From Candidatus Aenigmatarchaeota archaeon (GTDB lineage Archaea; Aenigmatarchaeota; Aenigmatarchaeia; CG10238-14; SpSt-28): DNA of 29,663 nt. Shown piece after piece: positions 15,266 through 25,162 of this stretch. The stretch covers positions 1-29,663 of the forward strand of contig JAWBMD010000011.1 of the NCBI GenBank assembly GCA_039000985.1, given 5' to 3'. Positions within the stretch are counted from its first letter, which is position 1, and each line of letters opens with the position of its first letter. The notes beneath the pieces were generated by a model, which saw only the letters and a list, made by a program, of their open reading frames with translations, was not told where the DNA came from and did no database searches. The position numbers and the translations under genes were made by a program.

Positions 15266-18200
15266 ATGGAAAACAAAGTAGAGTTAAGAAAAAAAATAGG
15301 TAATTTTTTAAATAATATAAATTCACCGGATTCGATTTATGAATTATTTAAATTACTAAACTACCCCGAAAATGTATTACTAACTAGTCAGTTTAAAAGA
15401 AAATTAGATGAATTTGACATGAAAGAAGAAATTAAACAAAAAATAAACAATATTTATACTCTTCTTAATTTTGAAAAGAATTTAGTTGCATTTATAGTTG
15501 AATTAAAACATGGAGTTTCATTTTCTTCAACAACTATTAGAGAAATATCCAAAAGTTTTTCTAACTATTATGAAAACTTTCTTTTAATTATATCTTCTCC
15601 GGATTATTATACTCTTCTTTTTGTATTGCCGGAATTTGAAAGACTTGATGTCGGAAAGCATAAATTAAAAATAACTAAACTATTTCTTCAAAGAGATGAT
15701 CCATACTATACTGCCATAGAAGTTTTATCAAATCTATATTATGATGGTACTGAAAAAAACTGGAGAGATGTATATAAAAAATGGAAAGAGGCTTTTAGTG
15801 TAGAAAGAGTAACAGAAAGCTTCTTTGAAGATTATAAGAAAATATTTTTTAAAATTAGAGATGAGTTAAGAAGAAAGGGAATAAATAAAGGGGATTCGCA
15901 TGAATTTGCACTACAGTTACTAAATAGAATAATGTTTATATACTTTATAGCTAAAAAAGGTTGGTTAAACAAAGATAAAAAATTTATGAGAAATTTCTGG
16001 AGCAAATATAAAGAGGAAAGAAATAAAGGTAATGTAAAGAAAAACAGTTTTTACAATGTATGGCTAAAGAACTTGTTCTTTAAAGCTTTTAATCGTAGAC
16101 AAGATGAAATAAAAGATTTACCAGAGTATTTGGTTAAAATTTTCTATAACTTTCCTTATCTAAATGGTAGCTTATTTTTAGAAAATAGACTTGATAAACT
16201 AGAAGTGAATCTTGATGATGATTTGTTTTCTGAAATATTTGAAGTATTTAACAAGTATAACTTCACAATAAAGGAAGATATGCCGTTAGAACAGGAAGTT
16301 GCGGTAGATCCTGTAATGATTGGTTACGTTTATGAATCCCTAGCACAAGTGGCAGAAGAGATTTATGATAGAAGAGGTTTGGGCATTTTTTATACTCCAC
16401 GTATTGAAATCGATTTTATGTGTAGAAGAGCTGTAGTTGAATATCTTTCCAAAAAGCTACCAAATATTCCAAAAGAAAAAATCTATGAATTCGTTTTCGA
16501 TGAAGAAAAACAGGATGCTGAAAAGTTCTTTACACAATTGAATATTTGGCACAAATTAGAAGAGGTCTTAGATAATCTTACAGTTGTTGATCCTGCATGT
16601 GGCTCAGGTAGCTTTCTTGTTGGGATGATGAACGTAATTTTTGAGTTATATAAAGTTATCTATAAGAACTTGAATAAAAAATGGAGTGTTTTTAATTTAA
16701 AAAGCTCTATTGTAAGAAGATCTTTGTATGGAGTAGATGTTATGCCCTGGGCTATTCGCACTGCAGAATTAAGATTATGGCTTCAATTAATTATAGAAGA
16801 GGATTTCACAGATGAGCAATTAAAGGAAAAACCTTTATTACCAAATTTTGATTTTAATTTGCGTGTGGGTAACTCAATTATTCAAGAAATTGGCGGAATA
16901 ATTTTCGACATAAAAAATATGCAACTATCAGAAAGATTAAAAAATAAACTTTATGACTTAAAAAGAGAAAAGGAAAATTATTACAACAACCTAAAAACAA
17001 AATTTAAAAGTAAAGAGGATATTTTTATCGAAGAAGTAAAATTATTTGAAGAAATAATTGAAGAACATCTTTCTAATTTAAAAGAATTTAATATCAATCT
17101 AGAAAACGAATTAAGAAAATTAGAAAAAGTTATACAAAAAGATTTGTTTGGTAGAACAGTATTGGTCCATGAGGAAAAAATAAAGGAGATAAAAGATAGA
17201 ATTGAAATGAATATTTTGGAAATAGACAAATTAAGCGAGTTGAAAAACAAATTGAAAGATGCTTTAAAAAATCCTGAAACAAAGCCTTTTGTTTGGGAAA
17301 TTGATTTTGCTGAAATTTTTGGTAGTAAAGGGGGATTTGATATTGTTATAGGTAATCCTCCTTATGTTAGACAAGAAAAAATTTCCCCACCAAATAAAAT
17401 TAAGGCCAAAGTAACATTAGAAGATAAGAGAGAGTATAAGGAAAAGCTATTCAAAGCCATAAATTCTAGATTTCCAGTTGTAGAAAAAATAGATAAAAAG
17501 AGTGATTATTATGTTTACTTTTACTTTTATTGCTTATCTTTATTAAACGAAAAAGGTGTTTTTTGTTTCATAACTTCAAATTCGTGGCTAGATGTAGAAT
17601 TTGGTAAAGATTTGCAAGAGTTTTTATTGAAATATGTTCCGATAATTGCTATTTATGATTACCCAACAAGATCTTTTGAGCACGCAGATATAAATACGAT
17701 AATAGCTTTATTTAGTGCTCCCTATCCTGAAGCAAAATCTAAATTTTCTAGTTTTAAATGGCCAGCATTAAATAACTTTGCAAAATTTGTTATGCTTAGA
17801 AAACCTTTTGAAAATATTATGAATTCTAAAATTCTTATAGAAATAGAAAAAATAAAGCCAAAAGTAAAAGGTGGAAAAATATATGATTTAGTGTACAATA
17901 TAGAAGAGAGTGAAAATTATAAAGTTTTTTCAATATATCAAGAAGATTTGCTAGAAGATGGTTGGGAATATCCAGAAGGTTATGATAAAAGTAAAGGTAA
18001 ATTTAAAGAAGGTAATTATGTTGGTAACAAGTGGGGTGGAAAATATTTAAGAGTGCCAAAGATTTATTGGAAAATTTTAGAGAAAGGAAAAGATAAATTA
18101 GTAAGATTGGGGGACATTGCCGAGATAAGGTTTGGTTTTACAACAGGTGCTAATGAATTCTTTTATCTTAAGCCTGTTGGAAAGACTGTAAAAGAAGTTG

Positions 18201-19009
18201 TAGAAATTGCAGAAAAAAATCCAGATACTTTAATTAGAGTTAGAAATGGTGCTGGTTGGGAGGGAGAAATTGAAGCAAAATTCTTAAAACCAGTAATTAA
18301 AAGCCCAAGAGAATTGAAAACAATAATAGTGAGACTCGAAGATTTACACTATCTTGTCTTTATGTGCAATAAATCAAAAGAAGAGTTGAAGGGAACGAGA
18401 GCTCTAGAGTACATAAAATGGGGAGAAAAACAGGGATATCACGAATTGGAGACAGTAAGAAATAGGAATCCGTGGTTTGCTCTGAAATTTAAAATGACCA
18501 AAATTCTAATGTTAAGAGCGAGTGCCGATAGACCAGCATTTTATATTTCTGAAAAGAGTATCTTTCATGATCAAACCTTTTATTCTGTGAATCTCAAAAA
18601 TCAAGAATTTGAAGAAATTTTAGGAATGTTGTTTAATAATACTTTTACTAATTTTTTATCTAGAGAAATCGAAAGTGGTGCAAGCTCATCACTAGGGCAA
18701 GGAGTGAAGTGGTCTGCGGTATATGAATCCAAAAGGTTATTAGTATTAATACCGAAAATAGTAATAAAGAAAAAATTACCATTCATAAAAAGACTACCAT
18801 CTTCAATCTTCACTGAACTCGGTTTTGATCCAAATAAACCCATCCGTGAGCAAGAACCAAATCCACTTCCAGATAGAAAAGCTCTAGATGATATAGTTTT
18901 TGATGCTTTGGGATTAACGGAAGAAGAAAGAAAAGAGGTTTATTGGGCTGTTGCAGAACTAGTAAAAAGTAGATTGGAAAAAGCAAAAAGCCTAAAAAAA
19001 GAAAAGTAA
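15266..19009 (+). CDS. Large N6-adenine DNA methyltransferase, Eco57I/type IIG-like, with C-terminal target recognition region
   Basis: 1247 aa; YLNGSLF, GIFYTP, motif I VVDPACGSGSFL, YGVD, motif IV GFDIVIGNPPYVRQE, FITSNSWLD. Confidence 0.92.
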   Translation: MENKVELRKKIGNFLNNINSPDSIYELFKLLNYPENVLLTSQFKRKLDEFDMKEEIKQKINNIYTLLNFEKNLVAFIVELKHGVSFSSTTIREISKSFSNYYENFLLIISSPDYYTLLFVLPEFERLDVGKHKLKITKLFLQRDDPYYTAIEVLSNLYYDGTEKNWRDVYKKWKEAFSVERVTESFFEDYKKIFFKIRDELRRKGINKGDSHEFALQLLNRIMFIYFIAKKGWLNKDKKFMRNFWSKYKEERNKGNVKKNSFYNVWLKNLFFKAFNRRQDEIKDLPEYLVKIFYNFPYLNGSLFLENRLDKLEVNLDDDLFSEIFEVFNKYNFTIKEDMPLEQEVAVDPVMIGYVYESLAQVAEEIYDRRGLGIFYTPRIEIDFMCRRAVVEYLSKKLPNIPKEKIYEFVFDEEKQDAEKFFTQLNIWHKLEEVLDNLTVVDPACGSGSFLVGMMNVIFELYKVIYKNLNKKWSVFNLKSSIVRRSLYGVDVMPWAIRTAELRLWLQLIIEEDFTDEQLKEKPLLPNFDFNLRVGNSIIQEIGGIIFDIKNMQLSERLKNKLYDLKREKENYYNNLKTKFKSKEDIFIEEVKLFEEIIEEHLSNLKEFNINLENELRKLEKVIQKDLFGRTVLVHEEKIKEIKDRIEMNILEIDKLSELKNKLKDALKNPETKPFVWEIDFAEIFGSKGGFDIVIGNPPYVRQEKISPPNKIKAKVTLEDKREYKEKLFKAINSRFPVVEKIDKKSDYYVYFYFYCLSLLNEKGVFCFITSNSWLDVEFGKDLQEFLLKYVPIIAIYDYPTRSFEHADINTIIALFSAPYPEAKSKFSSFKWPALNNFAKFVMLRKPFENIMNSKILIEIEKIKPKVKGGKIYDLVYNIEESENYKVFSIYQEDLLEDGWEYPEGYDKSKGKFKEGNYVGNKWGGKYLRVPKIYWKILEKGKDKLVRLGDIAEIRFGFTTGANEFFYLKPVGKTVKEVVEIAEKNPDTLIRVRNGAGWEGEIEAKFLKPVIKSPRELKTIIVRLEDLHYLVFMCNKSKEELKGTRALEYIKWGEKQGYHELETVRNRNPWFALKFKMTKILMLRASADRPAFYISEKSIFHDQTFYSVNLKNQEFEEILGMLFNNTFTNFLSREIESGASSSLGQGVKWSAVYESKRLLVLIPKIVIKKKLPFIKRLPSSIFTELGFDPNKPIREQEPNPLPDRKALDDIVFDALGLTEEERKEVYWAVAELVKSRLEKAKSLKKEK

Positions 19010-19065
19010 ATTTACACAATAACTTTTAAATTCTCAATTTTTTAGGTAAAAAATAAAATAATTTT

Positions 19066-22000
19066 ATGAGACTGTTAAGAGAGATAATAGATAATACTGA
19101 AAACAATAAACTAATTGATTTTTTAATTGAGGTACTTAAAGAAAAGCCAGACACTAATTTAGATATAGCTACTCCTTATTTTGATATAAAAGCTTATATG
19201 AAAATTAAAGATTTTATAAGAGATGTTAGAAGATTTAGATTACTTCTAGGCAAGCCGCCAGAGATTTCAATAACCGAAAAAACACTTGGCGAGGAATTAC
19301 TTAAAACAATTAGAGAAGAGATAGAAAGTTTTGATTTATCAAAAGAAAATACAGAATGTGTAAAAAGTTTTATAAATTTTTTGAAGAAGGACAATGTTGA
19401 AATAAGATTATTCGGAAAATTTCTACATGGAAAAGCTTATATATTTGATGATTTAATTATTGTTGGTTCATCTAATTTTACAGAAGCTGGCCTTACTAGA
19501 GAAGGAGAACTAAATTCAGTTTCACCTAAATCATATGCCGAATATACAAGAAAAGAATGGTTTGAAAAATTTTGGCTAAGAGCTGAAGACTTTAAAAATA
19601 AATTGATTGAAGAATTAGAAAAATCTAGATTTGGAAGTAAAGAATATAGCCCATATGAGGTCTTTATAAAGGCAATATACGAATTCCAAAAAGAAGATAT
19701 AAAATCGGAAGAAGAGAAAGTAAAACATGAAATACCATCTAAAGTAGAATTAACAGAATTTCAGGAAGATGTTATACCAAGAATAAAATCCAGATTAAAA
19801 AAATATGGTGGTATCTTACTAGCAGATTCTGTTGGTTTAGGTAAAACCTGGATTGCTAAAAGAGTAATAGAGGATTTTGGATTTTATCAAAGAAAACCCT
19901 ATTTGGTAATATGTCCTGCTCAACTTAGAGAAAGCTTATGGATAAAAGAGCTAAAAGGATTAATTCTTGCAGAAAACATTATATCTCAAGAAGAATTAGC
20001 ATCTTCTAACTTTTTTGAAAAAGTAAAAAAAGCTATTGGAAAGAATAAAATTGGTGATATAAAATTAATAGTTGTTGATGAAAGCCACAATCTTAGAAAT
20101 CCTTATACAAATAGATGGGAAAACTTTTTCAAACTATACGAAAATATTGTAAAGGAGGGTGGTTCTCCATATGTTATATTTCTCACAGCAACTCCAATCA
20201 ATAATACTATTTGGGATCTTTATTGGCAAATAATTCTGCTTGTCGGTAAAAGAAATGATGCCTTTATAAAAGAAAATATTGGAGACTTATTTCAATTCTT
20301 CAAATATATTGAAAAAGTAGGAGATTATTCACTATTAGGTGATTTGTTGAATGAAATATCTATTAGAAGAACAAGAGATTATATTGTTAAAAACTACCCG
20401 AATGCAACAATAAATGGAAAACCAATAAAATTTCCTAAAAGAATTCTAGAAAACATTGGTTATAGTCTTGATAAAACTTATACTGGTATGTTCAAAGAAA
20501 TCTCTAACATTATAACAAATGAACTAACAATGGCTTGTTATCAAATTCTAAAATATAAAAAGAAAGAAAAATTAACAAAAGATGAAGAATGGGAATTAAA
20601 TAGAATGGTTGCTTTGTCAGGAATTTTAAGAACTATATTTTTAAAGAGATTTGAAAGTAGTGTTTATGCTTTTAAAATAAGTATAAAAAATCACATGGAG
20701 TTTCTAATCAAATTAATTAATTATCTTAGAATGGGTAAATACATATCTAAACAAGATTTTAACAAAGTATTTGGTAGATATATTATGAGTATGGATGAAG
20801 AATTACCAGAATTTAAAGAAGAAGAAATAACAAAAATACTAAAAGATATAAACTTAGAAGATTTTGAAAAAGAAAATCTATTTAATGATATAGAAAAAGA
20901 TATTGCTGTACTAAAAAGAATTCTCGAAGTAGTTGATAAAATTACTCCAGATAAAGATGAAAAACTCAATGTAGTTAAGCAATATTTATTAAAGTTACAT
21001 GAAAAAGGTCAAATAATAGTATTTACCTATTATGATGACACATTAAATTATATATTCGATCAAATAAATAACTCTAAAGAGTTCAAAAAATTAAAAATAG
21101 AAAAAATATCTGGAGGCACTTCTACCACTGAAAGAGAAAGAATTGTTAATGATCTCTTAAACAAAAAAATAGATATACTAATTAGTACAGACGTTCTCTC
21201 TGAAGGTATGAATCTTCAATCAGCTAGAATAGTTGTGAATTATGATTTACATTGGAATCCTGTTAGAATGATACAAAGAGCTGGAAGAATAGATAGAATA
21301 GGATCTCCATATGAAGAGATTTTTATATATAATGTATTTCCTGATAAAGAATTGGAAGAGCTTTTAAGATTAGTTGAAACATTACAAGAGAAAATTAGAC
21401 GAATTGATGAAACTATAGGTTTAGATCAAAAAATATTAGGAGAAAAAATCCATCCAAAAGTATTTGGAATAATAAAGAAAATAGTAAAAAAAGATGTTGA
21501 AGTATTCACTGAGCTGGAAAACACAACATTTGGTGGTGGAGAGATATTTTATCAACCTTTGAGAGAATTTATTAACAAAAAAGGTGTAGAAGTTCTTGAG
21601 AAAATACCTTTAGGTATATATAGCGGATTGAAAAAAGGAACTATTAGAGGGATTTTCTTTTATTATAAGTATAAAGAAGACTATCACTTCTGGTATTTAT
21701 ATGATTTAGATAAAGGGAAATTCATCAAAAACAAAACAGAAATAATAAAATATATATCATGTTCTCCAGAGGAAAAAAGAGTAATACCAGATTTTTTTGA
21801 TAAAGTTTATGAAATAAACAAAAAAGTAATAGAGGATATAGAAAAAACTTATATGGAAATTCAACAAAAACAAAAGTTAGACCAGCAGATAGGAAAACTT
21901 GCGAGAGATAGGTCTACTAAATTCGTTGTTAAAATGGTAAGGGAAATTAATATATTATTAAATCAATACTTATCTGAGCATCCAGAAGATAAAGAAACTG

Positions 22001-22233
22001 AGAAAGAACTTGAAGAAATAAGAGAAAAATTAATAAATGTTTCATTAACCAAAAGAAGAACAAGAGAATTGAGAAAAATATGGGAAAATTATAAAAAGAT
22101 TAAAGATTGGAGAAAACTTATGAAAGACCTAAAAAAGTTTCTGGAAGATGTTATAATAGTAAAATCTGAAGAAAAAATGGAACCATTTGATAAAAATCAT
22201 TTAAAACTAGTTGTTATAGATTTTATTTCCTAA
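19066..22233 (+). CDS. PLD(HKD) nuclease-SNF2-type SF2 helicase fusion
   Basis: 1055 aa; LHGKAYIFDD...VGSSNFT (HKD), Walker A LADSVGLGKT, DESH, TATP, SEGMNLQ, NYDLHWNP, QRAGRIDRIG. Confidence 0.92.
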   Translation: MRLLREIIDNTENNKLIDFLIEVLKEKPDTNLDIATPYFDIKAYMKIKDFIRDVRRFRLLLGKPPEISITEKTLGEELLKTIREEIESFDLSKENTECVKSFINFLKKDNVEIRLFGKFLHGKAYIFDDLIIVGSSNFTEAGLTREGELNSVSPKSYAEYTRKEWFEKFWLRAEDFKNKLIEELEKSRFGSKEYSPYEVFIKAIYEFQKEDIKSEEEKVKHEIPSKVELTEFQEDVIPRIKSRLKKYGGILLADSVGLGKTWIAKRVIEDFGFYQRKPYLVICPAQLRESLWIKELKGLILAENIISQEELASSNFFEKVKKAIGKNKIGDIKLIVVDESHNLRNPYTNRWENFFKLYENIVKEGGSPYVIFLTATPINNTIWDLYWQIILLVGKRNDAFIKENIGDLFQFFKYIEKVGDYSLLGDLLNEISIRRTRDYIVKNYPNATINGKPIKFPKRILENIGYSLDKTYTGMFKEISNIITNELTMACYQILKYKKKEKLTKDEEWELNRMVALSGILRTIFLKRFESSVYAFKISIKNHMEFLIKLINYLRMGKYISKQDFNKVFGRYIMSMDEELPEFKEEEITKILKDINLEDFEKENLFNDIEKDIAVLKRILEVVDKITPDKDEKLNVVKQYLLKLHEKGQIIVFTYYDDTLNYIFDQINNSKEFKKLKIEKISGGTSTTERERIVNDLLNKKIDILISTDVLSEGMNLQSARIVVNYDLHWNPVRMIQRAGRIDRIGSPYEEIFIYNVFPDKELEELLRLVETLQEKIRRIDETIGLDQKILGEKIHPKVFGIIKKIVKKDVEVFTELENTTFGGGEIFYQPLREFINKKGVEVLEKIPLGIYSGLKKGTIRGIFFYYKYKEDYHFWYLYDLDKGKFIKNKTEIIKYISCSPEEKRVIPDFFDKVYEINKKVIEDIEKTYMEIQQKQKLDQQIGKLARDRSTKFVVKMVREINILLNQYLSEHPEDKETEKELEEIREKLINVSLTKRRTRELRKIWENYKKIKDWRKLMKDLKKFLEDVIIVKSEEKMEPFDKNHLKLVVIDFIS

Positions 22234-22246
22234 AATAATAAAACTT

Positions 22247-22319
22247 CGCCCCCGACGGGATTTGAACCCGTGTTTGAGGCGTGACAGGCCTCCGTCCTAG
22301 GCCACTAGACGACAGGGGC
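22247..22319 (-). tRNA. tRNA-Asp(GTC)
   Basis: Reverse complement: GCCCCTG...GAGGC-CT-GTC-AC-GCCTC...ACGGG-TTCAAAT-CCCGT-CGGGGGC-G. Confidence 0.96.
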
Positions 22320-22353
22320 TTAATTCTATATTATAAATTTAATTTTTTAATAT

Positions 22354-22428
22354 TGCTCCCGACGGGATTTGAACCCGTGTCCCAGCCTCGAGAGGGCTGT
22401 ATCCTTGACCGGTCTAGACGACGGGAGC
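22354..22428 (-). tRNA. tRNA-Glu(CTC)
   Basis: Reverse complement: GCTCCCG...CAGCC-CT-CTC-GA-GGCTG...ACGGG-TTCAAAT-CCCGT-CGGGAGC-A. Confidence 0.96.
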
Positions 22429-22432
22429 ATAA

Positions 22433-22503
22433 AGCCCCTGGGGAGATTTGAACTCCCATCTACTGCTTACGAGGCAGCCGCTTTACCATTAAGCTACAGG
22501 GGC
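22433..22503 (-). tRNA. tRNA-Thr(CGT)
   Basis: Reverse complement: GCCCCTG-TA-GCTT..AAGC-G-GCTGC-CT-CGT-AA-GCAGT...GGGAG-TTCAAAT-CTCCC-CAGGGGC-T; 4 nt from tRNA-Glu. Confidence 0.95.
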
Positions 22504-22539
22504 ATACTTATAAAATTTTTTTCAACAAATTTAATATTT

Positions 22540-23559
22540 ATGAATGTTGCACTATTGTGGGAGAAAAAAAGGAAAAAAGTAGTTTGTAATGCTTGCATAA
22601 AAAATTGTACTATAGAAAAAAATAAGCTTGGTTATTGCAAAACTAGAATTAACAAAAAAGATAAAATTTATACTTTGCTATATGGAAATGTAACTGGTTT
22701 AAACATAAAAAACATTGAAGAAGTTCCTTTGTTTCATTTTCTTCCATCAACAAAAGCTGTTTCACTAACAACTGCAACAAAAGATTTAATACCAATACTA
22801 AATAAAGAATGGGTAATTGGCCAAAGATATTTGCCAGAAGTTGCTAGCATTAAAAAAATCCAATATGAAAAAATTGTTAAAGATGCTTTTAAAAATAATT
22901 GCAAATCAATAGTTTTTGATTATATAGAATCTTCTTTATCAATTGACTATGCTTATCCAATAGCTAGATTAGCTTCTCGTTATTTAATAAAAACAGTTCT
23001 TATTTCAAATGGTTTTATGAGCTATGATTTGCTAAGAAATTACTCAAAATATTTAGATGCGTTCATTATTTTTGTTAAAGCATCTCTTGACAAAGATTTT
23101 TATAATAAATACAATCCATTAACAAAAAATATAGTTGAGGATATAAAGGAAAATATAGCTACAATAAATAAAAGAGCTATTCATTTAGAAGTTTGTAACT
23201 TAATAATTCCAAAAATAGGAGATAATCCTGAAAGATGTAGAGAATTAGCTGAATTTTTAGTTGATTTAAACCCAGATATACCTTTACATTTAATACAATT
23301 TTATCCAGATGAAAACTTTCCAGATATAGAAATGACTCCAGTTTCTACATTAGAAACATTATTGGATGAAGCTACTAAAGCTGGTTTAAGATATGTTTAT
23401 TTGAGCAATATACCAGAAAGCAAATATTTGAATACATATTGCTATAACTGCCAAGAAATTGTGATAAAAAGAATTCCATTTAAAACTGTTGAAAACTTGG
23501 TTAAATTAAATCGTTGTCCATATTGTGGATTTAAAATAAAACTAGTTACTCAAAAATGA
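22540..23559 (+). CDS. AmmeMemoRadiSam (AmrS/COG1180)-type radical SAM homologue lacking the CxxxCxxC motif
   Basis: True start is ATG 22540 (MNVALLWE); the ORF-track extension overlaps tRNAs. CNACIKNC..GYCKTRIN, IEEVPLFHFLP, SNGF, IPLHLIQFYP, GLRYVY, NTYCYNC and RCPYCG all match the family. Confidence 0.85.
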   Translation: MNVALLWEKKRKKVVCNACIKNCTIEKNKLGYCKTRINKKDKIYTLLYGNVTGLNIKNIEEVPLFHFLPSTKAVSLTTATKDLIPILNKEWVIGQRYLPEVASIKKIQYEKIVKDAFKNNCKSIVFDYIESSLSIDYAYPIARLASRYLIKTVLISNGFMSYDLLRNYSKYLDAFIIFVKASLDKDFYNKYNPLTKNIVEDIKENIATINKRAIHLEVCNLIIPKIGDNPERCRELAEFLVDLNPDIPLHLIQFYPDENFPDIEMTPVSTLETLLDEATKAGLRYVYLSNIPESKYLNTYCYNCQEIVIKRIPFKTVENLVKLNRCPYCGFKIKLVTQK

Positions 23560-24419
23560 GATTATTTACAGCTATAACTTTATTTCTATTACTTTTTTCC
23601 ATAAGCTTTTCTGAGCTATCAAAATTCTATGTTAAAATTGATTTTGATATAGAAAAAACAAAATCCATATTCACAATTTGCTTTAAAAATATTAGTGAAA
23701 ACTATTTTAAAATTCCAGTTTATGAAAAATATGAAAAATTAAACTTCTCAACATTTGGAAAATATATAAATTGCTGGAAAAATGAAAATTTTGTAGAATG
23801 TAACTTTGAATTAACAAGAGAAAAAACATGCATTGATCTTTTATTTTATGGAAAAACGAAAAAAGAAAAATTAAATGATAAAATTTATAGTTTTTCCTAT
23901 AGCTTTAACATTCCGTTAATTGCTGAAGAAATTTCAATAGCAGCTGTTTTACCAGAAAAAGCTATAATAGCTAACATAGAAAACTCCATATTTCCTTCAA
24001 ACTATTTTTTAGCAACAGATCCTATTGGCAGAAGAATAGTTGTTGGTTGGAAATTTGATAATAATGGAAAAATAGATTTCCTAACAAAAATAATAGTTGA
24101 AGTTCCTTTGGAAGAAAGGAAAACGGGCTTAATTCAAATAATTTCTTATTTTGTTTTTCCAATAGTAATAGTTATTATAATTTTCTATTATTTGAAATTT
24201 ATAAAAAAAGAAACAATTGAAAGCGTTCTTAATGAAAATGAAAGAAAAGTAGTAGAAATTCTTAGAGAGAAAAAGAAAATTGTGCAAAAAGATTTAGTTC
24301 AACATCTAGATTTATCTAAAGCCAAAGTTAGTAGAATAGTAAAAGATATGGAAAAAAGAGGAATAATTGAAGTTGAAAGAAGAGGAAGAAATAATATACT
24401 AAAACTTAAAAAAACTTAA
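23556..24419 (+). CDS. Membrane protein with C-terminal winged HTH (COG2512-like)
   Basis: Signal peptide, extracellular domain (VLPE), TM helix, then LNENERKVVEIL...QKDL...LSKAKVSRIVKDMEKRGIIE..RRGRNN. Confidence 0.85.
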   Translation: MRLFTAITLFLLLFSISFSELSKFYVKIDFDIEKTKSIFTICFKNISENYFKIPVYEKYEKLNFSTFGKYINCWKNENFVECNFELTREKTCIDLLFYGKTKKEKLNDKIYSFSYSFNIPLIAEEISIAAVLPEKAIIANIENSIFPSNYFLATDPIGRRIVVGWKFDNNGKIDFLTKIIVEVPLEERKTGLIQIISYFVFPIVIVIIIFYYLKFIKKETIESVLNENERKVVEILREKKKIVQKDLVQHLDLSKAKVSRIVKDMEKRGIIEVERRGRNNILKLKKT

Positions 24420-25160
24420 AAGTTTTGTCAATATATTTGATTTTACTATGAAATCTAAACCTACTAAATCATAAGAAATTCTTGCCAATTCTATTGCAGA
24501 TGGCGAATAAGGATCTATTTTGGCGAGCGGTACTTTCAAGCTTATGCTTTTTGGTACATTTTTATCATAAGGTACAAAAAATACTTTGTTAAAATCGATT
24601 AAATCAAAAATTTTTTCATTTGATAGCTCATATTTAGTGGCTCTTATTTTATTAACAACAACACAATCAACTTTAACTCCAAAATCCTTACAAACCCTTA
24701 ATGATTTCATTGCATTTGCTATACTTGGTAAATCTGGATTTGTTACTATTATTGCTTCATCTACACAATCCAAAATACTTTTTACTTCTCTTCCCAAACC
24801 AGCTGGAGAATCTAATAATATAAAATCATAGCTACCTATTAATTCTGTTAAAATATTTCTAATTCTACTAAAGTTTGATAAGGTTGATAAAGTTAATGAA
24901 CCTGGTATTAAATCAAAATTTAAAGGAGTTTGAACAATTGCCTTCTCTACACTAACAGAATTTTTTAGTATATCTATAATGCTATATTTGTAAAGATATA
25001 TTCCTGTTTGAACAGATAAATCTGGCATTGAAAAATTTGCATCTATAGCTAAGGTTTTTTGATTTAATGAATTGGCTAAAATATAAGATAAGTTTGAAGT
25101 TAATGTTGTTTTACCAACTCCACCTTTACCAGAAAGTATTGCTATGCTTCTTGTTGGCAT
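24399..25160 (-). CDS. minD: MinD/ParA-family ATPase (archaeal MinD-like)
   Basis: SGKGGVGKTT, IDAN, LLDSPAGLG, VTNPD, VVNK, VPYD; amphipathic C-terminus LTKLLSFFKF. Confidence 0.88.
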   Translation of the reverse strand: MPTRSIAILSGKGGVGKTTLTSNLSYILANSLNQKTLAIDANFSMPDLSVQTGIYLYKYSIIDILKNSVSVEKAIVQTPLNFDLIPGSLTLSTLSNFSRIRNILTELIGSYDFILLDSPAGLGREVKSILDCVDEAIIVTNPDLPSIANAMKSLRVCKDFGVKVDCVVVNKIRATKYELSNEKIFDLIDFNKVFFVPYDKNVPKSISLKVPLAKIDPYSPSAIELARISYDLVGLDFIVKSNILTKLLSFFKF

Positions 25161-25162
25161 AT

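Noticed and set aside
22251..22380. Repeat CCCGACGGGATTTGAACCCGTGT as an att site
   Set aside because: Both copies are within complete tRNAs (Asp and Glu) that share a T-arm sequence.
22369..22539. N-terminal extension of the 396-aa ORF
   Set aside because: Antisense to tRNA-Glu and tRNA-Thr; family similarity starts at Met 22540.
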